From positions 64,356,001-64,420,000 of the forward strand of contig OZ024742.1 in the NCBI GenBank assembly GCA_964016885.1: 64,000 bases of DNA, written 5' to 3'. The translations under genes were made by a program, and so were the position numbers. This document shows, piece by piece, positions 22,655 to 37,929 of this stretch (position 1 is the first letter of the stretch; each line of letters begins with the position of its first letter). Origin of the DNA: Eledone cirrhosa. Lineage: Eukaryota. Below the pieces are notes generated by a model. That model was not told the DNA's origin and searched no databases. It saw only the letters and a list, made by a program, of their open reading frames with translations.

Positions 22655-25600
22655 TATGGCAGTGAGTGATGAGTGATGATGTATGGTGAATGACTGCGTA
22701 TGGCAGTGGATGATGTGTGACAGTATATGGCAGTGTATGATGGGTGACAGAGTATGATGGGTGACAGTGTATGATGGGTGACAGTATATAGCAGTGGATG
22801 ATGAGTGACAGTATATGGCAATGGATGATGAGTGACAGTGTACGGCAGTGGATGATGTGTGACAGTATATGATGAGTGACAGTGTATGATGGGTGACATT
22901 GTATGAATGGGTGACAGTGTATGGCAGTGGATGATGTGTGACAGTATATGGCAGTGTATGATGAGTGACAGTGTATGATGGGTGACATTGTATGAATGGG
23001 TGAGTGTATGGCAGTGGATGATGTGTGACAGTATATGGCAGTGTATGATGGGTGACAGTGTATGATGGGTGACAGTACATGGCAATGGATGATGAGTGAC
23101 TGTATGGCAGTGGATGATGTGTGACAGTGTATGGCAGTGGATGATGAGTGAGTGTATGGCAGTGAATGATGAGTGACAGTGTATGGCAGTGGATGATGAG
23201 TGACAGTGTATGGCAGTGAATGATGGTTGACAGTGTATGATGAGTGACAGTGTATGGCAGTGAATGATGAGAGACAGTGTATGATGAGTGACAGTGAATG
23301 ATGAGTGACAGTGTATGGCAGTGTATGATGAGTGGCAGTGTATGATGAGTGACAGTGTATGATGAGTGACAGTGTATGATGAGTGAATGATGAGTGACAG
23401 TGTATGGCAGTGAATGATGAGTGACAGTGTATGGCAGTGGATGATGAGTGACAGTATATGGCAGTGGATGATGAGTGACAGTGTATGGCAGTGGATGATG
23501 AGTGAGTGTATGATGAGTGACAGTGTATGATGGGTGACAGTATATGGCAGTGGATGATGAGTGACAGTGTATGGCAGTGGATGATGAGTGAGTGTATGAT
23601 GAGTGACAGTGTATGATGGGTGACAGTATATGGCAGTGGATGACGAGTGACAGTATATGGCAGTGGATGATGTGTGACTGTATGGCAGTGTATGATGGGT
23701 GACAGTATATGGCAGTGGATGATGTGTGACAGTATATGGCAGTGAATGATGAGTGACAGTGTATGATGGGTGACAGTGTATGGCAGTGGATGATGGGTGA
23801 CAGTGTATGGCAGTGAATGATGAGTGACAGTGTATGATGGGTGACAGTGTATGATGGGTGACAGTATATGGTAGTGTATGATGGGTGACAGTATATGGCA
23901 GTGGATGATGTGTGACAGTGTATGGCAGTGTGTGATGGGTGACAGTGTATGGCAGTGAATGATGAGTGACAGTGTATGATGGGTGACAGTGTATGGCAGT
24001 GGATGATGGGTGGCAGTGTATGGCAGTGAATGATGAGTGACAGTGTATGATGGGTGACAGTGTATGATGGGTGACAGTGTATGGCAGTGGATGATGGGTG
24101 ACAGTGTATGGCAGTGAATGATGAGTGACAGTGTATGATGGGTGACAGTGTATGATGGGTGACAGTATATGGCAGTGCATGATGGGTGACAGAGTATGAT
24201 GGGTGACAGTATATGGCAGTGGATGATGTGTGACAGTGTATGGCAGTGTATGATGGGTGACAGAGTATGATGGGTGACAGTATATGGCAATGGATGATGT
24301 GTGACAGTATATGGCAATGGATGATGTGTGACAGTATATAGCAGTGTATGATGGGTGACAGTATATGGCAGTGTATGATGTGTGACAGTATATGGCAGTG
24401 GATGATGTGTGACAGTATATGGCAGTGTATGATGGGTGACAGTATATGGCAGTGTATGATGGGTGACAGTATATGGCAGTGTATGATGGGTGACAGTATA
24501 TGGCAGTGCATGATGGGTGACAGTATATGGCAGTGCATGATGGGTGACAGTGTATGGCAGTGTATGATGGGTGACAGTATATGGCAGTGTATGATGGGTG
24601 ACAGTATATGGCAGTGTATGATGGGTGACAGTATATGGCAGTGTATGATGGGTGACAGTATATGGCAGTGTATGATGGGTGACAGTATATGGCAGTGTAT
24701 GATGGGTGACAGTATATGGCAGTGTATGATGGGTGACAGTGTATGGCAGTGGATGATGAGTGACAGTGTATGGCAGTGGATGATGAGTGACAGTGTATGA
24801 TGAGTGACAGTGTATGGCAGTGGATGGTGAGTGACAGTGTGTGGCAGTGGATGGTGAGTGACAGTGTATGGCAGTGGATGGTGAGTGACAGTGTATGGCA
24901 GTGGATGATGAGTGACAGTGTATGGCAGTGAATGATGAGTGACAGTGTATGCCAGTGGATGATGAGTGACAGTGTATGGCAGTGGATGATGAGTGACAGT
25001 GTATGGCAGTGGATGATGTGTGACAGTGTATGATGAGTGATAGTGTATGGCAGTGGATGATGAGTGACAGTGTATGGCAGTGAATGATGAGTGACAGTAT
25101 ATGGCAGTGTATGATGAGTGACAGTATATGGCAGTGGATGATGTGTGACAGTGTATGATATGTGACTGTATGGCAGTGTATGATGAGTGACAGAGTATCA
25201 TAGGTGACAGTGTATGATGGGTGACAGTATATGGCAATGGATGATGTGTGACAGTATATGGCAGTGTATGATGTGTGACAGAGTATGATGGGTGACAGTG
25301 TATGGCAGTGTATGATGGGTGACAGTGTATGATGGGTGACAGTATATGGCAGTGTATGATGTGTGACAGTATATGGCAGTGTATGATGGGTGACAGTGTA
25401 TGGCAGTGGATGATGGATGACAGTGTATGGCAGTGGATGATGGATGACAGTATATGGCAGTGTATGATGGGTGACAGTATATGGCAGTGTATGATGGGTG
25501 ACAGTATATGGCAGTGTATGATGGGTGACAGTGTATGGCAGTGTATGATGGGTGACAGTATATGGCAGTGTATGATGGGTGACAGTATATGGCAGTGTAT

Positions 25601-28600
25601 GATGAGTGACAGTATATGGCAGTGGATGATGAGTGACAGTGTATGGCAGTGGATGATGAGTGACAGTGTATGGCAGTGTATGATGAGTGACAGTGTATGG
25701 CAGTGTATGATGGGTGACAGTATATGGCAGTGTATGATGGGTGACAGTGTATGGCAGTGTATGATGGGTGACAGTATATGGCAGTGTATGATGGATGACA
25801 GTATATGGCAGTGTATGATGGGTGACAGTATATGGCAGTGTATGATGGGTGACAGTATATGGCAGTGTATGATGGGTGACAGTGTATGGCAGTGTATGAT
25901 GGGTGACAGTATATGGCAGTGTATGATGGGTGACAGTATATGGCAGTGTATGATGGGTGACAGTATATGGCAGTGTATGATGGGTGACAGTATATGGCAG
26001 TGTATGATGGGTGACAGTATATGGCAGTGTATGATGGGTGACAGTATATGGCAGTGTATGATGGGTGACAGTATATGGCAGTGTATGATGGGTGACAGTA
26101 TATGGCAGTGTATGATGGGTGACAGTATATGGCAGTGTATGATGGGTGACAGTGTATGGCAGTGGATGATGAGTGACAGTGTATGAGTGACAGTGTATGC
26201 CAGTGGATGGTGAGTGACAGTGTATGGCAGTGGATGGTGAGTGACAGTGTATGGCAGTGGATGGTGAGTGACAGTGTATGGCAGTGGATGATGAGTGACA
26301 GTGTATGATGAGTGACAGTGTATGGCAGTGAATGATGAGTGACAGTGTATGCCAGTGGATGATGAGTGACAGTGTATGGCAATGGATGATGAGTGACAGT
26401 GTATGGCAGTGGATGATGAGTGACAGTGTATGCCAGTGTATGATGGGTGACAGTGTATGATGGGTGACAGTATATGGCAGTGTATGATGGATGACAGTAT
26501 ATGGCAGTGGATGATGAGTGACAGTGTATGGCAGTGGATGATGAGTGACAGTGTATGGCAGTGGATGATGAGTGACAGTGTATGGCAGTGTATGATGGGT
26601 GACAGTATATGGCAGTGTATGATGGGTGACAGTGTATGGCAGTGTATGATGGGTGACAGTATATGGCAGTGTATGATGGATGACAGTATATGGCAGTGGA
26701 TGATGAGTGACAGTGTATGGCAGTGTATGATGGGTGACAGTATATGGTAGTGTATGATGGGTGACAGTATATGGCAGTGCATGATGGGTGACAGTGTATG
26801 GCAGTGTATGATGGGTGACAGTATATGGCAGTGTATGATGGGTGACAGTATATGGCAGTGTATGATGGGTGACAGTATATGGCAGTGTATGATGGGTGAC
26901 AGTATATGGCAGTGTATGATGGGTGACAGTATATGGCAGTGTATGATGGGTGACAGTATATGGCAGTGTATGATGGGTGACAGTGTATGGCAGTGGATGA
27001 TGAGTGACAGTGTATGGCAGTGGATGATGAGTGACAGTGTATGATGAGTGACAGTGTATGGCAGTGGATGGTGAGTGACAGTGTGTGGCAGTGGATGGTG
27101 AGTGACAGTGTATGGCAGTGGATGGTGAGTGACAGTGTATGGCAGTGGATGATGAGTGACAGTGTATGGCAGTGAATGATGAGTGACAGTGTATGCCAGT
27201 GGATGATGAGTGACAGTGTATGGCAGTGGATGATGAGTGACAGTGTATGGCAGTGGATGATGTGTGACAGTGTATGATGAGTGATAGTGTATGGCAGTGG
27301 ATGATGAGTGACAGTGTATGGCAGTGAATGATGAGTGACAGAGTATGATGAGTGACAGTGTATGGCAGTGAATGATGAGTGACAGTATATGGCAGTGTAT
27401 GATGAGTGACAGTATATGGCAGTGGATGATGTGTGACAGTGTATGATATGTGACTGTATGGCAGTGTATGATGAGTGACAGAGTATCATAGGTGACAGTG
27501 TATGATGGGTGACAGTATATGGCAATGGATGATGTGTGACAGTATATGGCAGTGTATGATGTGTGACAGAGTATGATGGGTGACAGTGTATGGCAGTGTA
27601 TGATGGGTGACAGTGTATGATGGGTGACAGTATATGGCAGTGTATGATGTGTGACAGTATATGGCAGTGTATGATGGGTGACAGTGTATGGCAGTGGATG
27701 ATGGATGACAGTATATGGCAGTCTATGATGGGTGACAGTATATGGCAGTGTATGATGGGTGACAGTATATGGCAGTGTATGATGGGTGACAGTATATGGC
27801 AGTCTATGATGGGTGACAGTATATGGCAGTGTATGATGGGTGACAGTATATGGCAGTGTATGATGGGTGACAGTATATGGCAGTGTATGATGAGTGACAG
27901 TATATGGCAGTGGATGATGAGTGACAGTGTATGGCAGTGGATGATGAGTGACAGTGCATGGCAGTGTATGATGAGTGACAGTGTATGGCAGTGTATGATG
28001 GGTGACAGTATATGGCAGTGTATGATGGGTGACAGTGTATGGCAGTGTATGATGGGTGACAGTATATGGCAGTGTATGATGGATGACAGTATATGGCAGT
28101 GTATGATGGGTGACAGTATATGGCAGTGTATGATGGGTGACAGTATATGGCAGTGTATGATGGGTGACAGTATATGGCAGTGTATGATGGGTGACAGTAT
28201 ATGGCAGTGTATGATGGGTGACAGTATATGGCAGTGTATGATGGGTGACAGTATATGGCAGTGTATGATGGGTGACAGTATATGGCAGTGTATGATGGGT
28301 GACAGTATATGGCAGTGTATGATGGGTGACAGTATATGGCAGTGTATGATGGGTGACAGTATATGGCAGTGTATGATGGGTGACAGTGTATGGCAGTGGA
28401 TGATGAGTGACAGTGTATGAGTGACAGTGTATGCCAGTGGATGGTGAGTGACAGTGTATGGCAGTGGATGGTGAGTGACAGTGTATGGCAGTGGATGGTG
28501 AGTGACAGTGTATGGCAGTGGATGATGAGTGACAGTGTATGATGAGTGACAGTGTATGGCAGTGAATGATGAGTGACAGTGTATGCCAGTGGATGATGAG

Positions 28601-31600
28601 TGACAGTGTATGGCAATGGATGATGAGTGACAGTGTATGGCAGTGGATGATGAGTGACAGTGTATGGCAGTGAATGATGAGTGACAGTGTATGCCAGTGT
28701 ATGATGGGTGACAGTATATGGCAGTGTATGATGGATGACAGTATATGGCAGTGGATGATGAGTGACAGTGTATGGCAGTGGATGATGAGTGACAGTGTAT
28801 GGCAGTGGATGATGAGTGACAGTGTATGATGGGTGACAGTATATGGCAGTGTATGATGGGTGACAGTATATGGCAGTGTATGATGGGTGACAGTGTATGG
28901 CAGTGTATGATGGGTGACAGTATATGGCAGTGTATGATGGATGACAGTATATGGCAGTGGATGATGAGTGACAGTGTATGGCAGTGTATGATGGGTGACA
29001 GTATATGGTAGTGTATGATGGGTGACAGTATATGGCAGTGTATGATGGGTGACAGTATATGGCAGTGTATGATGGGTTACAGTATATGGCAGTGTATGAT
29101 GGGTGACAGTATATGGCAGTGTATGATGGGTGACAGTATATGGCAGTGTATGATGGGTGACAGTATATGGCAGTGTATGATGGGTGACAGTGTATGGCAG
29201 TGTATGATGGGTGACAGTGTATGGCAGTGTATGATGGGTGACAGTATATGGCAGTGTATGATGGGTGACAGTATATGGCAGTGTATGATGGGTGACAGTA
29301 TATGGCAGTGTATGATGGGTGACAGTATATGGCAGTGTATGATGGGTGACAGTATATGGCAGTGGATGATGAGTGACAGTGTATGGCAGTGAATGAGTGA
29401 CAGTGTATGCCAGTGGATGGTGAGTGAGTGTATGGCAGTGGATGGTGAGTGACAGTGTATGGCAGTGGATGGTGAGTGACAGAGTATGATGAGTGACAGT
29501 GTATGATGAGTGACAGTGTATGGCAGTGGATGATGAGTGACAGTGTATGGCAGTGGATGATGAGTGACAGAGTATGATGAGTGACAGTGTATGATGAGTG
29601 ACAGTGTATGGCAGTGAATGATGAGTGACAGTGTATGATGAGTGACAGTGTATGGCAGTGGATGATGAGTGACAGTGTATGGCAGTGGATGATGAGTGAC
29701 AGAGTATGATGAGTGACAGTGTATGATGAGTGACAGTGTATGGCAGTGAATGATGAGTGACAGTGTATGCCAGTGTATGATGGGTGACAGTGTATGCCAG
29801 TGTATGATGGGTGACAGTATATGGCAGTGTATGATGGGTGACAGTATATGGCAGTGTATGATGGGTGACAGTATATGGCAGTGTATGATGGGTGACAGTG
29901 TATGGCAGTGTATGATGAGTGACAGTGTATGGCAGTGGATGATGAGTGACAGTGTATGGCAGTGAATGATGGTTGACAGTGTATGATGAGTGACAGTGTA
30001 TGGCAGTGAATGATGAGAGACAGTGTATGATGAGTGACAGTGAATGATGAGTGACAGTGTATGGCAGTGTATGATGAGTGGCAGTGTATGATGAGTGACA
30101 GTGTATGATGAGTGACAGTGTATGATGAGTGAATGATGAGTGACAGTGTATGGCAGTGAATGATGAGTGACAGTGTATGGCAGTGGATGATGAGTGACAG
30201 TATATGGCAGTGGATGATGAGTGACAGTGTATGGCAGTGGATGATGAGTGAGTGTATGATGAGTGACAGTGTATGATGGGTGACAGTATATGGCAGTGGA
30301 TGATGAGTGACAGTGTATGGCAGTGGATGATGAGTGAGTGTATGATGAGTGACAGTGTATGATGGGTGACAGTATATGGCAGTGGATGACGAGTGACAGT
30401 ATATGGCAGTGGATGATGTGTGACTGTATGGCAGTGTATGATGGGTGACAGTATATGGCAGTGGATGATGTGTGACAGTATATGGCAGTGAATGATGAGT
30501 GACAGTGTATGATGGGTGACAGTGTATGGCAGTGGATGATGGGTGACAGTGTATGGCAGTGAATGATGAGTGACAGTGTATGATGGGTGACAGTGTATGA
30601 TGGGTGACAGTATATGGTAGTGTATGATGGGTGACAGTATATGGCAGTGGATGATGTGTGACAGTGTATGGCAGTGTGTGATGGGTGACAGTGTATGGCA
30701 GTGAATGATGAGTGACAGTGTATGATGGGTGACAGTGTATGGCAGTGGATGATGGGTGGCAGTGTATGGCAGTGAATGATGAGTGACAGTGTATGATGGG
30801 TGACAGTGTATGATGGGTGACAGTGTATGGCAGTGGATGATGGGTGACAGTGTATGGCAGTGAATGATGAGTGACAGTGTATGATGGGTGACAGTGTATG
30901 ATGGGTGACAGTATATGGCAGTGCATGATGGGTGACAGAGTATGATGGGTGACAGTATATGGCAGTGGATGATGTGTGACAGTGTATGGCAGTGTATGAT
31001 GGGTGACAGAGTATGATGGGTGACAGTATATGGCAATGGATGATGTGTGACAGTATATGGCAATGGATGATGTGTGACAGTATATAGCAGTGTATGATGG
31101 GTGACAGTATATGGCAGTGTATGATGTGTGACAGTATATGGCAGTGGATGATGTGTGACAGTATATGGCAGTGTATGATGGGTGACAGTATATGGCAGTG
31201 TATGATGGGTGACAGTATATGGCAGTGTATGATGGGTGACAGTATATGGCAGTGCATGATGGGTGACAGTATATGGCAGTGCATGATGGGTGACAGTGTA
31301 TGGCAGTGTATGATGGGTGACAGTATATGGCAGTGTATGATGGGTGACAGTATATGGCAGTGTATGATGGGTGACAGTATATGGCAGTGTATGATGGGTG
31401 ACAGTATATGGCAGTGTATGATGGGTGACAGTATATGGCAGTGTATGATGGGTGACAGTGTATGGCAGTGGATGATGAGTGACAGTGTATGGCAGTGGAT
31501 GATGAGTGACAGTGTATGATGAGTGACAGTGTATGGCAGTGGATGGTGAGTGACAGTGTGTGGCAGTGGATGGTGAGTGACAGTGTATGGCAGTGGATGG

Positions 31601-34600
31601 TGAGTGACAGTGTATGGCAGTGGATGATGAGTGACAGTGTATGGCAGTGAATGATGAGTGACAGTGTATGCCAGTGGATGATGAGTGACAGTGTATGGCA
31701 GTGGATGATGAGTGACAGTGTATGGCAGTGGATGATGTGTGACAGTGTATGATGAGTGATAGTGTATGGCAGTGGATGATGAGTGACAGTGTATGGCAGT
31801 GAATGATGAGTGACAGAGTATGATGAGTGACAGTGTATGGCAGTGAATGATGAGTGACAGTATATGGCAGTGTATGATGAGTGACAGTATATGGCAGTGG
31901 ATGATGTGTGACAGTGTATGATATGTGACTGTATGGCAGTGTATGATGAGTGACAGAGTATCATAGGTGACAGTGTATGATGGGTGACAGTATATGGCAA
32001 TGGATGATGTGTGACAGTATATGGCAGTGTATGATGTGTGACAGAGTATGATGGGTGACAGTGTATGGCAGTGTATGATGGGTGACAGTGTATGATGGGT
32101 GACAGTATATGGCAGTGTATGATGTGTGACAGTATATGGCAGTGTATGATGGGTGACAGTGTATGGCAGTGGATGATGGATGACAGTGTATGGCAGTGGA
32201 TGATGGATGACAGTATATGGCAGTGTATGATGGGTGACAGTATATGGCAGTGTATGATGGGTGACAGTATATGGCAGTGTATGATGGGTGACAGTGTATG
32301 GCAGTGTATGATGGGTGACAGTATATGGCAGTGTATGATGGGTGACAGTATATGGCAGTGTATGATGAGTGACAGTATATGGCAGTGGATGATGAGTGAC
32401 AGTGTATGGCAGTGGATGATGAGTGACAGTGTATGGCAGTGTATGATGAGTGACAGTGTATGGCAGTGTATGATGGGTGACAGTATATGGCAGTGTATGA
32501 TGGGTGACAGTGTATGGCAGTGTATGATGGGTGACAGTATATGGCAGTGTATGATGGATGACAGTATATGGCAGTGTATGATGGGTGACAGTATATGGCA
32601 GTGTATGATGGGTGACAGTATATGGCAGTGTATGATGGGTGACAGTGTATGGCAGTGTATGATGGGTGACAGTATATGGCAGTGTATGATGGGTGACAGT
32701 ATATGGCAGTGTATGATGGGTGACAGTATATGGCAGTGTATGATGGGTGACAGTATATGGCAGTGTATGATGGGTGACAGTATATGGCAGTGTATGATGG
32801 GTGACAGTATATGGCAGTGTATGATGGGTGACAGTATATGGCAGTGTATGATGGGTGACAGTATATGGCAGTGTATGATGGGTGACAGTATATGGCAGTG
32901 TATGATGGGTGACAGTGTATGGCAGTGGATGATGAGTGACAGTGTATGAGTGACAGTGTATGCCAGTGGATGGTGAGTGACAGTGTATGGCAGTGGATGG
33001 TGAGTGACAGTGTATGGCAGTGGATGGTGAGTGACAGTGTATGGCAGTGGATGATGAGTGACAGTGTATGATGAGTGACAGTGTATGGCAGTGAATGATG
33101 AGTGACAGTGTATGCCAGTGGATGATGAGTGACAGTGTATGGCAATGGATGATGAGTGACAGTGTATGGCAGTGGATGATGAGTGACAGTGTATGGCAGT
33201 GAATGATGAGTGACAGTGTATGCCAGTGTATGATGGGTGACAGTGTATGATGGGTGACAGTATATGGCAGTGTATGATGGATGACAGTATATGGCAGTGG
33301 ATGATGAGTGACAGTGTATGGCAGTGGATGATGAGTGACAGTGTATGGCAGTGGATGATGAGTGACAGTGTATGGCAGTGTATGATGGGTGACAGTATAT
33401 GGCAGTGTATGATGGGTGACAGTGTATGGCAGTGTATGATGGGTGACAGTATATGGCAGTGTATGATGGATGACAGTATATGGCAGTGGATGATGAGTGA
33501 CAGTGTATGGCAGTGTATGATGGGTGACAGTATATGGTAGTGTATGATGGGTGACAGTATATGGCAGTGCATGATGGGTGACAGTGTATGGCAGTGTATG
33601 ATGGGTGACAGTATATGGCAGTGTATGATGGGTGACAGTATATGGCAGTGTATGATGGGTGACAGTATATGGCAGTGTATGATGGGTGACAGTATATGGC
33701 AGTGTATGATGGGTGACAGTATATGGCAGTGTATGATGGGTGACAGTATATGGCAGTGTATGATGGGTGACAGTGTATGGCAGTGGATGATGAGTGACAG
33801 TGTATGGCAGTGGATGATGAGTGACAGTGTATGATGAGTGACAGTGTATGGCAGTGGATGGTGAGTGACAGTGTGTGGCAGTGGATGGTGAGTGACAGTG
33901 TATGGCAGTGGATGGTGAGTGACAGTGTATGGCAGTGGATGATGAGTGACAGTGTATGGCAGTGAATGATGAGTGACAGTGTATGCCAGTGGATGATGAG
34001 TGACAGTGTATGGCAGTGGATGATGAGTGACAGTGTATGGCAGTGGATGATGTGTGACAGTGTATGATGAGTGATAGTGTATGGCAGTGGATGATGAGTG
34101 ACAGTGTATGGCAGTGAATGATGAGTGACAGAGTATGATGAGTGACAGTGTATGGCAGTGAATGATGAGTGACAGTATATGGCAGTGTATGATGAGTGAC
34201 AGTATATGGCAGTGGATGATGTGTGACAGTGTATGATATGTGACTGTATGGCAGTGTATGATGAGTGACAGAGTATCATAGGTGACAGTGTATGATGGGT
34301 GACAGTATATGGCAATGGATGATGTGTGACAGTATATGGCAGTGTATGATGTGTGACAGAGTATGATGGGTGACAGTGTATGGCAGTGTATGATGGGTGA
34401 CAGTGTATGATGGGTGACAGTATATGGCAGTGTATGATGTGTGACAGTATATGGCAGTGTATGATGGGTGACAGTGTATGGCAGTGGATGATGGATGACA
34501 GTATATGGCAGTCTATGATGGGTGACAGTATATGGCAGTGTATGATGGGTGACAGTATATGGCAGTGTATGATGGGTGACAGTATATGGCAGTCTATGAT

Positions 34601-37600
34601 GGGTGACAGTATATGGCAGTGTATGATGGGTGACAGTATATGGCAGTGTATGATGGGTGACAGTATATGGCAGTGTATGATGAGTGACAGTATATGGCAG
34701 TGGATGATGAGTGACAGTGTATGGCAGTGGATGATGAGTGACAGTGCATGGCAGTGTATGATGAGTGACAGTGTATGGCAGTGTATGATGGGTGACAGTA
34801 TATGGCAGTGTATGATGGGTGACAGTGTATGGCAGTGTATGATGGGTGACAGTATATGGCAGTGTATGATGGATGACAGTATATGGCAGTGTATGATGGG
34901 TGACAGTATATGGCAGTGTATGATGGGTGACAGTATATGGCAGTGTATGATGGGTGACAGTATATGGCAGTGTATGATGGGTGACAGTATATGGCAGTGT
35001 ATGATGGGTGACAGTATATGGCAGTGTATGATGGGTGACAGTATATGGCAGTGTATGATGGGTGACAGTATATGGCAGTGTATGATGGGTGACAGTATAT
35101 GGCAGTGTATGATGGGTGACAGTATATGGCAGTGTATGATGGGTGACAGTGTATGGCAGTGGATGATGAGTGACAGTGTATGAGTGACAGTGTATGCCAG
35201 TGGATGGTGAGTGACAGTGTATGGCAGTGGATGGTGAGTGACAGTGTATGGCAGTGGATGGTGAGTGACAGTGTATGGCAGTGGATGATGAGTGACAGTG
35301 TATGATGAGTGACAGTGTATGGCAGTGAATGATGAGTGACAGTGTATGCCAGTGGATGATGAGTGACAGTGTATGGCAATGGATGATGAGTGACAGTGTA
35401 TGGCAGTGGATGATGAGTGACAGTGTATGGCAGTGAATGATGAGTGACAGTGTATGCCAGTGTATGATGGGTGACAGTATATGGCAGTGTATGATGGATG
35501 ACAGTATATGGCAGTGGATGATGAGTGACAGTGTATGGCAGTGGATGATGAGTGACAGTGTATGGCAGTGGATGATGAGTGACAGTGTATGATGGGTGAC
35601 AGTATATGGCAGTGTATGATGGGTGACAGTATATGGCAGTGTATGATGGGTGACAGTGTATGGCAGTGTATGATGGGTGACAGTATATGGCAGTGTATGA
35701 TGGATGACAGTATATGGCAGTGGATGATGAGTGACAGTGTATGGCAGTGTATGATGGGTGACAGTATATGGTAGTGTATGATGGGTGACAGTATATGGCA
35801 GTGTATGATGGGTGACAGTATATGGCAGTGTATGATGGGTTACAGTATATGGCAGTGTATGATGGGTGACAGTATATGGCAGTGTATGATGGGTGACAGT
35901 ATATGGCAGTGTATGATGGGTGACAGTATATGGCAGTGTATGATGGGTGACAGTGTATGGCAGTGTATGATGGGTGACAGTGTATGGCAGTGTATGATGG
36001 GTGACAGTATATGGCAGTGTATGATGGGTGACAGTATATGGCAGTGTATGATGGGTGACAGTATATGGCAGTGTATGATGGGTGACAGTATATGGCAGTG
36101 TATGATGGGTGACAGTATATGGCAGTGGATGATGAGTGACAGTGTATGGCAGTGAATGAGTGACAGTGTATGCCAGTGGATGGTGAGTGAGTGTATGGCA
36201 GTGGATGGTGAGTGACAGTGTATGGCAGTGGATGGTGAGTGACAGAGTATGATGAGTGACAGTGTATGATGAGTGACAGTGTATGGCAGTGGATGATGAG
36301 TGACAGTGTATGGCAGTGGATGATGAGTGACAGTGTATGGCAGTGGATGATGAGTGACAGAGTATGATGAGTGACAGTGTATGATGAGTGACAGTGTATG
36401 GCAGTGAATGATGAGTGACAGTGTATGATGAGTGACAGTGTATGGCAGTGGATGATGAGTGACAGTGTATGGCAGTGGATGATGAGTGACAGAGTATGAT
36501 GAGTGACAGTGTATGATGAGTGACAGTGTATGGCAGTGAATGATGAGTGACAGTGTATGCCAGTGTATGATGGGTGACAGTGTATGCCAGTGTATGATGG
36601 GTGACAGTATATGGCAGTGTATGATGGGTGACAGTATATGGCAGTGTATGATGGGTGACAGTATATGGCAGTGTATGATGGGTGACAGTGTATGGCAGTG
36701 TATGATGGGTGACAGTATATGGCAGTGTATGATGGGTGACAGTATATGGCAGTGTATGATGGGTGACAGTGTATGGCAGTGGATGATGAGTGACAGTGTA
36801 TGAGTGACAGTGTATGGCAGTGAATGAGTGACAGTGTATGCCAGTGGATGGTGAGTGACAGTGTATGGTGAGTGACAGTGTATGGCAGTGGATGATGAGT
36901 GACAGAGTATGATGAGTGACAGTGTATGATGAGTGACAGTGTATGGCAGTGAATGATGAGTGACAGTGTATGCCAGTGGATGATGAGTGACAGTGTATGA
37001 TGAGTGACAGTGTATGGCAGTGGATGATGAGTGACAGTGTATGATGAGTGACAGAGTATGATGAGTGACAGTGTATGGCAGTGAATGATGAGTGACAGTG
37101 TATGGCAGTGGATGACGAGTGACAGTATGATGAGTGACAGTGTATGGCAGTGAATGATGAGTGACAGTGTATGGCAGTGAATGATGAGTGACAGTGTATG
37201 CCAGTGTATGATGAGTGACAGTGTATGGCAGTGGATGATGAGTGACAGAGTATGATGAGTGACAGTGTATGGCAGTGAATGATGAGTGACAGTGTATGGC
37301 AGTGGATGACGAGTGACAGTATGATGAGTGACAGTGTATGGCAGTGAATGATGAGTGACAGTGTATGGCAGTGAATGATGAGTGACAGTGTATGGCAGTG
37401 GATGATGAGTGACAGTATATGGCAGTGGATGATGAGTGACAGTGTATGGCAGTGGATGAGTGAGTGTATGGCAGTGGATGATGAGTGACAGTGTATGGCA
37501 GTGGATAATGAATGTCAGTGCATGTATGGCAGTGGATGATGTGTGACTGTGTATGGCTGAAGATGATGAGTGACAGTGTATGGCAGTGGATAATGAATGA

Positions 37601-37757
37601 GTGTGTGACAGTGGATAATGAATGAGTGTATGTATGGCAGTGGATGAGTGACAGTGTATGGCAGTGCATGATGAGTGACAGTGTATGGCAGTGCATGATG
37701 TGTGACAGTGTATGGCAGTGGATGATGAGTGACAGTGTATGGCAGTGAATGATGATG
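22655..37757. repeat. 15.1 kb satellite of 27 bp unit GTGACAGTRTATGGCAGTGKATGATGR interspersed with 17 bp units GTGACAGTGTATGATGR; higher-order structure
   Basis: Directly visible. The 27-mer is the 17-mer plus a 10 bp internal duplication (CAGTRTATGG). Edges are more diverged than the centre. Confidence 0.98.
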
Positions 37758-37929
37758 ATAACTTTAAAATAAACAGCAATGAATGATAGAAGCATGGACA
37801 GTTTCAGGCAGTTTGATATCAAAAGGTTAATCTATTGAGAGACTTGAAGAAGAATATTTCTGAGTAAATTATATACAAATTCAACTTCCATTTCTTCTCC
37901 AAATTCAGTCATCAAGGTGTAAGAACAAC

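Noticed and set aside
22617-37822. Giant ORFs (2810, 1922, 1061 aa etc.) as His/Cys-rich or Met-rich structural protein genes
   Set aside because: All frames are open simply because the satellite unit lacks stops; 17 bp units shift frame freely; there is no signal peptide or unique domain; MMGDSIWQC does not match reflectin motifs.
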